Virus record (IMG/VR): IMGVR_UViG_2700989365_000005 | Length of the DNA stretch: 6,376 nt | Reading direction: 5' to 3' (one strand) | Source: a virus | Taxonomy: Duplodnaviria; Heunggongvirae; Uroviricota; Caudoviricetes | In this document: one piece after another, positions 1-6,376 of the stretch | How the letters are laid out: the number at the start of each line of letters is the position of its first letter | How positions within the stretch are numbered: the first letter of the stretch is position 1 | Program-made: the position numbers and the translations under genes | The notes under the pieces: generated by a model | Database searches by the model: none | What the model was told of the DNA's origin: nothing | The model's input: only the letters and a program-made list of their open reading frames with translations

Positions 1-1
1 C

Positions 2-46
2 TGGCGCACTGACGGTTTCATCGTGGGTGTCGGTTATAAATTCTGA
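2..46 (+). CDS. lom: 3' end of upstream gene (start outside window); C-terminus of a Lom/Ail/OmpX-family outer-membrane beta-barrel protein
   Basis: Frame starting at base 2 reads WRTDGFIVGVGYKF followed by TGA at 44-46. A ...GVGYKF C-terminus ending in Phe is typical of Ail/Lom/OmpX beta-barrels, and lom lies directly upstream of stf in phage lambda (gene order recalled, not searched). The call rests on 14 residues only. Confidence 0.5.
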   Translation, partial: WRTDGFIVGVGYKF

Positions 47-73
47 TTAGCCAGGTAACACAGTGTTATGACA

Positions 74-99
74 GCCCGCCGGTTCAGGCGGGCTTTTTT
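74..99 (+). terminator. Rho-independent terminator downstream of lom (stem GCCCGCC / GGCGGGC, loop GGTTCA, then TTTTTT)
   Basis: Perfect 7-bp GC-rich inverted repeat 74-80 / 87-93 with a 6-nt loop, followed directly by a T6 tract at 94-99; it sits 28 nt after the TGA stop. Confidence 0.75.
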
Positions 100-101
100 G
101 T

Positions 102-107
102 GGGGTG
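102..107 (+). promoter_or_regulatory. Shine-Dalgarno-like GGGGTG upstream of the stf ATG (identical copies at 1182-1187 and 2296-2301)
   Basis: Purine-rich GGGGTG ends 3 nt before ATG 111 (GGGG core about 5 nt upstream). Spacing is short, so this is only a plausible RBS. Confidence 0.4.
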
Positions 108-110
108 AAT

Positions 111-1117
111 ATGGCAGTAAAGATTTCAGGTGTACTGAAAGACGGCACAGGAAAACCGGTACAGAACTGCACAATCCAGCTGAAAGCAAAACGTAACAGC
201 ACCACGGTGGTGGTGAACACGCTGGCCTCAGAAAATCCGGATGAAGCCGGGCGTTACAGCATGGACGTTGAGTACGGTCAGTACAGCGTTATTCTGTTGG
301 TGGAAGGATTCCCGCCGTCACATGCCGGGACCATCACCGTGTATGAAGATTCCCGACCCGGTACGCTGAATGATTTTCTCGGTGCCATGACGGAGGATGA
401 TGCCCGTCCGGAGGCACTGCGCCGTTTTGAGCTGATGGTGGAAGAGGTGGCGCGTAACGCGTCCGCGGTGGCACAGAACACGGCAGCCGCGAAGAAATCA
501 GCCAGCGATGCCAGCACATCAGCCCGTGAGGCGGCAACCCATGCGACTGATGCTGCAGGCTCAGCGCGTGCAGCCAGCACGTCAGCCGGACAGGCCGCGA
601 CTTCGGCTCAGGAGGCGTCTTCCAGCGCAGGAACGGCATCAACAAAGGCCACTGAAGCATCAAAAAGTGCTGCCGCTGCAGAGTCCTCAAAAAGCGCGGC
701 GGCTACCAGTGCCGGTGCGGCGAAAACGTTAGAAACGAATGCGGCAGCGTCACAACAATCAGCAGCCACTTCTGCATCCACCGCGACCACGAAAGCGTCA
801 GAAGCTGCCACCTCAGCCCGGGATGCGTCGGCTTCAAAAGAGGCGGCAAAATCATCAGAAACGAACGCATCATCAAGCGCCAGTAGCGCAGCTTCCTCGG
901 CGACGGCGGCTGCAAATTCTGCGAAGGCGGCCAAAACGTCCGAGACGAACGCCAGGTCTTCTGAAACGGCAGCGGGACAGAGTGCCTCAGCTGCGGCAGG
1001 CTCAAAAACAGCGGCTGCGTCGTCTGCCAGCGCCGCGTCAACAAGTGCCGGGCAGGCCTCAGCCAGTGCCACCGCCGCCGGAAAATCGGCAGAAAGCGCC
1101 GCATCATCCGCTTCAAC
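111..1117 (+). CDS. stf: Side tail fibre protein, 5' fragment (copy A); N-terminal domain plus Ala/Ser/Thr-rich shaft, truncated at an N-gap
   Basis: ATG at 111 gives [60 protein letters not shown]..., which I recognise as the N-terminus of lambda Stf (memory, no search). The ORF track starts at GTG 105, but ATG 111 matches the known N-terminus. The frame meets NNN at 1118-1120 and then reads through duplicated intergenic sequence to TAG 1128-1130, so this is not a complete gene. Confidence 0.8.
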
Positions 1118-1120
1118 NNN
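1118..1120. other. Run of 3 N (unknown bases) at the junction between stf copy A and the second copy of the lom-stf intergenic module
   Basis: Literal nnn in the sequence. The sequence before it aligns to 3309-3311 of copy C, and the sequence after it (ttctgattag...) is the lom stop and intergenic region again. Confidence 0.95.
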
Positions 1121-1153
1121 TTCTGATTAGCCAGGTAACACAGTGTTATGACA

Positions 1154-1179
1154 GCCCGCCGGTTCAGGCGGGCTTTTTT
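1154..1179 (+). terminator. Second copy of the lom-stf intrinsic terminator
   Basis: Identical sequence to 74-99, offset by 1080 nt. Confidence 0.7.
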
Positions 1180-1190
1180 GTGGGGTGAAT

Positions 1191-2183
1191 ATGGCAGTAA
1201 AGATTTCAGGTGTACTGAAAGACGGCACAGGAAAACCGGTACAGAACTGCACAATCCAGCTGAAAGCAAAACGTAACAGCACCACGGTGGTGGTGAACAC
1301 GCTGGCCTCAGAAAATCCGGATGAAGCCGGGCGTTACAGCATGGACGTTGAGTACGGTCAGTACAGCGTTATTCTGTTGGTGGAAGGATTCCCGCCGTCA
1401 CATGCCGGGACCATCACTGTGTATGAAGATTCCCGACCCGGTACGCTGAATGATTTTCTCGGTGCCATGACGGAGGATGATGCCCGTCCGGAGGCTCTGC
1501 GCCGTTTTGAACTGATGGTGGAAGAGGTGGCGCGTAACGCGTCCGCGGTGGCACAGAACACGGCAGCCGCGAAGAAGTCAGCCAGTGATGCCGGCACATC
1601 TGCCCGTGAGGCGGCAACCCATGCGACTGATGCTGCAGGCTCAGCGCGTGCAGCCAGCACGTCAGCCGGACAGGCCGCGACTTCGGCTCAGGAGGCGTCT
1701 TCCAGCGCAGGAACGGCATCAACAAAGGCCACTGAAGCATCAAAAAGTGCTGCCGCTGCAGAGTCCTCAAAAAGCGCGGCGGCCACCAGTGCCGGTGCGG
1801 CGAAAACGTCAGAAACGAATGCTGCAGCGTCACAAAAATCAGCAGCCACTTCTGCATCCACTGCGACAACGAAAGCGTCAGAAGCCGCCACTTCAGCCAG
1901 AGATGCGGCGGCCTCCAAAGAGGCGGCAAAATCATCAGAAACGAACGCCTCCACAAGCGCCAGCAGTGCAGCCTCCTCGGCAACGGCGGCAGGAAATTCC
2001 GTGAAGGCGGCAAAAACGTCCGAGACGAATGCTAAGTCTTCTGAAACGGCAGCGGAACAGAGCGCCTCAGCTGCGGCAGACTCTGAGACAGCAGCTGCAT
2101 CATCGGCCCGTGAGGCGTCCATTAAGGCAGAGGAGGCAGCAGTCAGTGCCACCGCCGCCGGAAAATCGGCAGAAAGCGCCGCA
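1191..2183 (+). CDS. stf: Side tail fibre protein, 5' fragment (copy B, diverged allele), truncated at a 21-N gap
   Basis: ATG 1191 with the same SD and N-terminus [12 protein letters not shown].... It is collinear with copy A but carries scattered substitutions (e.g. 1495 t vs 415 a; 1511 a vs 431 g) and a strongly diverged 3' part (about 2040-2150 vs 960-1070; protein ...AEQSASAAADSETAAASSAREASIKAEEAAVSA vs ...[33 protein letters not shown]). The frame runs into the N-run at 2184. Confidence 0.8.
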
Positions 2184-2204
2184 NNNNNNNNNNNNNNNNN
2201 NNNN
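2184..2204. other. Run of 21 N at the junction between stf copy B and the third copy of the lom 3' end
   Basis: Literal N-run, followed at 2205 by gacggtttcatcgtgggtgtcggttataagttctga, the lom C-terminus again. Confidence 0.95.
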
Positions 2205-2240
2205 GACGGTTTCATCGTGGGTGTCGGTTATAAGTTCTGA
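2205..2240 (+). CDS. lom: Second copy of the lom 3' end (last 11 codons DGFIVGVGYKF, stop TGA 2238-2240); fragment only
   Basis: Same peptide as 11-46 but with AAG instead of AAA for Lys (2231-2233 vs 38-40), so it is a distinct allele of the lom terminus. Confidence 0.5.
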   Translation, partial: DGFIVGVGYKF

Positions 2241-2267
2241 TTAGCCAGGTAACACAGTGTTATGACA

Positions 2268-2293
2268 GCCCGCCGGTTCAGGCGGGCTTTTTT
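2268..2293 (+). terminator. Third copy of the lom-stf intrinsic terminator
   Basis: Identical to 74-99, offset by 2194 nt. Confidence 0.7.
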
Positions 2294-2304
2294 GTGGGGT
2301 GAAT

Positions 2305-4508
2305 ATGGCAGTAAAGATTTCAGGTGTACTGAAAGACGGCACAGGAAAACCGGTACAGAACTGCACAATCCAGCTGAAAGCAAAACGTAACAGCACCACG
2401 GTGGTGGTGAACACGCTGGCCTCAGAAAATCCGGATGAAGCCGGGCGTTACAGCATGGACGTTGAGTACGGTCAGTACAGCGTTATTCTGTTGGTGGAAG
2501 GATTCCCGCCGTCACATGCCGGGACCATCACCGTGTATGAAGATTCCCGACCCGGTACGCTGAATGATTTTCTCGGTGCCATGACGGAGGATGATGCCCG
2601 TCCGGAGGCACTGCGCCGTTTTGAGCTGATGGTGGAAGAGGTGGCGCGTAACGCGTCCGCGGTGGCACAGAACACGGCAGCCGCGAAGAAATCAGCCAGC
2701 GATGCCAGCACATCAGCCCGTGAGGCGGCAACCCATGCGACTGATGCTGCAGATTCAGCACGTGCAGCCAGCACGTCAGCCGGACAGGCCGCTTCGTCGG
2801 CTCAGTCAGCGTCTTCCAGCGCAGGAACGGCATCAACAAAGGCCACTGAAGCCTCAAAAAGTGCTGCCGCTGCAGAGTCCTCAAAAAGCGCGGCGGCTAC
2901 CAGTGCCGGTGCGGCGAAAACGTTAGAAACGAATGCGGCAGCGTCACAACAATCAGCAGCCACTTCTGCATCCACCGCGACCACGAAAGCGTCAGAAGCT
3001 GCCACCTCAGCCCGGGATGCGTCGGCTTCAAAAGAGGCGGCAAAATCATCAGAAACGAACGCATCATCAAGCGCCAGTAGCGCAGCTTCCTCGGCGACGG
3101 CGGCTGCAAATTCTGCGAAGGCGGCCAAAACGTCCGAGACGAACGCCAGGTCTTCTGAAACGGCAGCGGGACAGAGTGCCTCAGCTGCGGCAGGCTCAAA
3201 AACAGCGGCTGCGTCGTCTGCCAGCGCCGCGTCAACAAGTGCCGGGCAGGCCTCAGCCAGTGCCACCGCCGCCGGAAAATCGGCAGAAAGCGCCGCATCA
3301 TCCGCTTCAACAGCCACAACGAAGGCTGGCGAAGCCACTGAGCAGGCCACGGCAGCAGCGAGGTCAGCTTCCGCAGCGAAGACATCCGAAACGAACGCGA
3401 AAGCGTCGGAAACCAGCGCAGAATCCTCAAAAACGGCTGCCGCATCGTCCGCCAGTTCGGCGGCGTCATCGGCATCATCGGCGTCTGCTTCAAAAGATGA
3501 GGCGACCAGACAGGCGTCAGCAGCGAAGGGCAGCGCCACGACGGCATCCACGAAGGCGACAGAGGCTGCTGGTAGTGCGACGGCAGCAGCTCAGAGCAAA
3601 AGTACGGCGGAATCTGCAGCAACGCGCGCTGAGACAGCGGCAAAACGGGCAGAGGATATTGCATCCGCCGTGGCGCTTGAGGATGCGAGCACGACGAAAA
3701 AGGGGATAGTACAGCTCAGTAGTGCGACTAACAGCACTTCCGAGTCACTGGCGGCAACACCAAAAGCCGTTAAGGCCGCGTATGACCTGGCTAACGGGAA
3801 ATACACCGCACAGGATGCAACGACAGCACAGAAAGGGATAATCCAGCTAAGCAGCGCGACCAACAGCACGTCTGAAACGCTGGCGGCAACGCCAAAGGCA
3901 GTAAAAGCAGCCAATGACAATGCTGAGAAACGTCTGCAGAAAGATCAGAACGGTGCGGATATCCCTGGCAAAGACACCTTTACGAAAAATATTGGTGCCT
4001 GCCGTGCCTTCGGTGGGTCAGTAAGCACAACAACAGGAAACTGGACGACTGCACAGTTTATCGAGTGGCTGGATTCTCAGGGAGCATTTAACCATCCATA
4101 CTGGATGTGCAAGGGTTCCTGGTCTTATGGCAATAATAAAATCATTACTGATACTGGCTGCGGTAATATTCATCTCGCCGGAGCTGTCATTGAAGTAATG
4201 GGGATAAAGTCAGCGATGACGATCCGCATTACCACTCCGACCACATCCAGCGGTGGCGGAACAACCAACGCCCAGTTTACCTATATTAATCACGGAACAG
4301 ATTATTCACCTGGCTGGCGAAGGGACTATAACTCCAGAAATAAGCCAACGGCATCAGAGATCGGGGCGCTACCGTCAGGTGGAACAGCAGTATCATCAGT
4401 TAATCTGGCTTCAAAAGGTCGGGTAGCCGCGCTGACAGACAATACGCAGGGGGCAGCAGGTCTTGAGTTATACGAGGTGTATAACAACGGATATCCAACA
4501 GCGTATGG
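2305..4508 (+). CDS. stf: Side tail fibre protein variant (copy C): lambda-Stf-like N-terminus and shaft, two 44-aa fibre repeats, then an alternative C-terminal tip domain; no stop before the junction at 4509
   Basis: ATG 2305 with the same SD and N-terminus. My manual translation finds no in-frame stop to 4508. Because GGN still encodes Gly, the frame formally continues across the N at 4509 into segment D and on to the window end, so a gene caller would report one ORF 2305..>6376. I split it at 4509 because 4510 onward re-duplicates 3367-3923. Confidence 0.75.
3700..3923 (+). repeat. Two tandem 132-nt (44-aa) tail-fibre repeats in copy C ([44 protein letters not shown]; second copy ends at ...[10 protein letters not shown])
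   Basis: Units start at 3700 and 3832, in frame. The [14 protein letters not shown] motif is characteristic of the phage tail-fibre repeat found in lambda Stf and related fibres (recalled). Confidence 0.8.
3924..4508 (+). other. Alternative C-terminal (putative receptor-binding tip) domain of stf copy C; lower GC, Cys-containing, unlike the lambda Stf C-terminus
   Basis: Translation [93 protein letters not shown]...[16 protein letters not shown]. It diverges from segment D immediately after the shared ...[10 protein letters not shown]. It is visibly more AT-rich than the shaft. I do not recognise the family. Confidence 0.55.
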
Positions 4509-4509
4509 N
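4509..4509. other. Single N marking a junction between the alternative tip domain and a re-entry into shaft sequence
   Basis: Literal n. The sequence from 4510 aligns to 3367 onward of copy C with scattered substitutions. Confidence 0.9.
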
Positions 4510-6376
4510 GCTTCCGCAGCGAAGACATCCGAAACGAACGCGAAAGCGTCGGAAACCAGCGCAGAATCCTCAAAAACGGCTGCCGCATCGTCCGCCAGTT
4601 CGGCGGCGTCATCGGCATCATCTGCGTCTGCTTCAAAAGATGAGGCGACCAGACAGGCGTCAGCAGCGAGGGGCAGCGCCACGACGGCATCCACGAAGGC
4701 GACAGAGGCTGCTGGCAGTGCGGCAGCGGCAGCACAGAGCAAAAGTACGGCGGAATCCGCGGCAACGCGCGCCGAGACAGCAGCAAAACGGGCAGAGGAT
4801 ATTGCATCCGCCGTGGCGCTTGAGGATGCGAGCACGACGAAAAAGGGGATAGTACAGCTCAGCAGTGCGACCAACAGCACTTCCGAGTCACAGGCGGCAA
4901 CGCCAAAAGCCGTTAAGGCCGCGTATGACCTGGCTAACGGGAAATACACCGCACAGGATGCAACGACAGCACAGAAAGGGATAGTTCAGCTCAGCAGTGC
5001 GACTAACAGCACTTCCGAGTCACAGGCGGCAACGCCAAAAGCCGTTAAGGCCGCGTATGACCTGGCTAACGGGAAATACACCGCACAGGACGCTACGACA
5101 GCACAAAAAGGAATTGTCCAGCTCAGTAGTGCAACCAACAGCACATCTGAAACGCTTGCTGCGACACCGAAAGCAGTGAAAGCAGCTAATGACAATGCGA
5201 ATGGTCGGGTACCTTCTGCCCGTAAGGTGAATGGTAAGGCGCTTTCAGCGGATATAACACTGACGCCGAAAGATATTGGTACGCTTAACTCAACAACAAT
5301 GTCATTCAGCGGTGGTGCTGGTTGGTTCAAATTAGCAACGGTAACCATGCCACAGGCGAGTTCTGTTGTTTCAATTACGTTGATTGGTGGCGCTGGATTT
5401 AACGTGGGGTCACCTCAACAGGCAGGTATATCTGAACTTGTTTTACGTGCAGGTAATGGTAATCCGAAGGGGATTACTGGTGCTTTATGGCAGCGCACAT
5501 TGACAGGGTTTACAAATTTTGCCTGGGTTAATACATCTGGTGATACTTACGATATTTACGTTGCAATCGGAAATTATGCGACTGGTGTAAATATTCAATG
5601 GGATTATACCAGTAATGCCAGCGTGACGATTCATACGTCACCAGCATATTCTGCTAATAAGCCGGAAGGGTTAACGGACGGTACAGTTTATTCACTCTAT
5701 ACGCCATCAGAGCAGTTTTATCCGCCTGGCGCACCAATCCCGTGGCCATCAGATACCGTTCCGTCTGGTTATGCCCTGATGCAGGGGCAGACTTTTGACA
5801 AATCTGCTTACCCGAAACTTGCAGCCGCTTATCCGTCAGGCGTGATCCCTGATATGCGTGGCTGGACGATTAAGGGCAAACCTGCCAGTGGTCGGGCCGT
5901 ATTGTCTCAGGAACAGGACGGCATTAAATCGCATACCCACAGCGCCAGCGCATCCAGTACGGATTTGGGGACGAAAACCACATCGTCGTTTGATTACGGC
6001 ACTAAATCCACGAATAACACTGGTGCGCATACCCATAGTTTAAGTGGCAGCACGAATGCAGCTGGTAATCACAGCCATAGAGATGGCCGTCGATTTAACC
6101 CCAGTGTTTTTAAAGATACTTATCAATATGGTTATACAAGCTCAGGTCAAAATACCTGGGGTGTACAAGGCTCAGTAGGTATGTCTACGGGGTGGTTAGC
6201 GAATACCAGTATAGATGGTAATCATAGCCATTCACTGTCCGGCACAGCAGCATCTGCAGGTGCACACGCGCATACTGTCGGTATTGGTGCTCATACGCAC
6301 TCCGTTGCGATTGGTTCACATGGACACACCATCACCGTTAACGCTGCTGGTAACGCGGAAAACACCGTCAAAAACA
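4510..6376 (+). CDS. stf: Side tail fibre protein, 3' portion (segment D): shaft, three 44-aa fibre repeats, a central domain and a lambda-Stf-like His-rich C-terminal domain; 3' end outside window
   Basis: Same frame as copy C. The C-terminal part reads [76 protein letters not shown]...[21 protein letters not shown], closely matching my memory of the lambda Stf C-terminus, which ends ...[18 protein letters not shown]. The window therefore stops about 10 codons before the expected stop. Confidence 0.8.
4843..5198 (+). repeat. Three tandem 132-nt (44-aa) tail-fibre repeats in segment D (units at 4843, 4975, 5107; last unit partial)
   Basis: Units 1 and 2 are near-identical (SESQAAT...[19 protein letters not shown]). 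Unit 3 (SETLAAT...AANDNA) corresponds to the second unit of copy C. Segment D therefore has one extra repeat unit relative to copy C. Confidence 0.8.
5932..6327 (+). other. Array of seven His-x-His motifs in the C-terminal domain of stf segment D (SHTHS, AHTHS, NHSHR, NHSHS, AHAHT, AHTHS, SHGHT)
   Basis: Read directly from the translation. HxH motifs coordinate metal ions in the trimeric distal tips of some phage tail fibres, for example T4 gp37 (recalled established knowledge). No structure is known to me for this protein. Confidence 0.6.

Larger units (their letters stand above)
41..3311 (+). repeat. Three direct copies (about 1.07-1.08 kb each: 41-1117, 1121-2183, 2235-3311) of the lom-stop / terminator / RBS / stf-5' module
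   Basis: Offsets of 1080 and 2194 nt align the copies base for base. Copies A and C are near-identical except for a substitution patch (556-606 vs 2750-2800) and a single change at 660 vs 2854. Copy B has many more substitutions. Every copy boundary coincides with N characters. Confidence 0.9.

Noticed and set aside
105-107. GTG at 105 used by the ORF track as the stf start (MNMAVK...)
   Set aside because: ATG at 111 gives MAVKISG..., matching the lambda Stf N-terminus as I recall it, and is better placed relative to the GGGG SD. GTG 105 would overlap the SD itself.
41-3311. CRISPR array, or a diversity-generating retroelement template/variable repeat pair, as an explanation for the repeats
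   Set aside because: Repeat units are about 1.07 kb of coding sequence, not 25-50-bp repeats with unique spacers. No reverse transcriptase gene is present. Differences between copies are not restricted to adenine positions (e.g. g>a, c>t, t>c changes).
2184-4509. Invertible tail-fibre segment (Gin/Cin/Pin-type shufflon) swapping C-terminal domains
   Set aside because: The alternative C-terminal modules are in direct orientation, not inverted. No invertase gene or inverted crossover sites are visible. Junctions are marked by N characters, not recombination sites.
508-5179. Plus-strand alternative-frame ORFs inside stf (508-732, 739-1188, 1585-2004, 2029-2244, 2702-2926, 2933-3709, 4463-4852, 4997-5179) with Arg/Pro/Gln-rich products
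   Set aside because: They are off-frame readings of the Ala-rich shaft (GCN GCN read as Arg/Pro/Gln codons). They overlap the real frame and show no independent signals.
278-5348. Numerous minus-strand ORFs overlapping stf (278-580, 334-690, 608-1072, 703-1269, 1358-1660, 1414-2013, 1688-2215, 2472-2774, 2528-2884, 2802-3551, 2897-3664, 3591-3920, 4326-4949, 4400-4807, 4986-5348)
   Set aside because: All lie antisense to a recognisable tail-fibre ORF and recur identically in each repeat copy. Their products are poly-Ala/Asp/Val or Trp/Arg/Pro/Leu-rich low-complexity strings, as expected from the reverse complement of GC-rich Ala/Ser/Thr codons. None has a convincing start context.
5836-6043. 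Small ORFs 5836-6036 (-) and 5858-6043 (+) inside the stf C-terminal domain
   Set aside because: They are short, embedded in the well-supported stf frame ([23 protein letters not shown]...), and have no RBS or coding-like composition.
1-6376. Insertion sequence, transposon or integrative element boundaries
   Set aside because: There is no transposase or integrase ORF, no terminal inverted repeats and no tRNA or att-like site. The whole window is explained by lom-stf tail-fibre sequence.

Overview
The window is built from the lom-stf junction of a lambda-like (lambdoid) phage or prophage tail region. It contains the last 14 codons of a Lom/Ail-family outer-membrane protein gene, a strong intrinsic terminator, an SD-like site, and a side-tail-fibre gene (stf-like) on the + strand. 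The module 'lom 3' end - terminator - RBS - stf 5' part' occurs three times in direct orientation, starting near 41, 1121 and 2205. Copies A and C are near-identical apart from one patch of substitutions; copy B is clearly diverged. Every junction coincides with N characters: NNN at 1118-1120, 21 N at 2184-2204, and a single N at 4509. At 4509 the frame passes from an alternative, lower-GC, Cys-containing C-terminal tip domain straight back into the shaft and 132-nt fibre repeats of a second stf 3' portion, which runs off the window end about 10 codons short of the expected lambda Stf C-terminus. My reading is that this is most likely a concatenation or scaffold of several allelic stf fragments, not one genuine gene array; I cannot prove that without reads. 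The component modules look like real tail-fibre biology: mosaic receptor-binding domains, 44-aa tandem fibre repeats with a copy-number difference, and a His-x-His motif array. I saw no tRNA/rRNA genes, CRISPR arrays, transposase or integrase genes, and nothing I would call a novel defence or other system. All homology statements are from memory of lambda Stf/Lom, not from a search.
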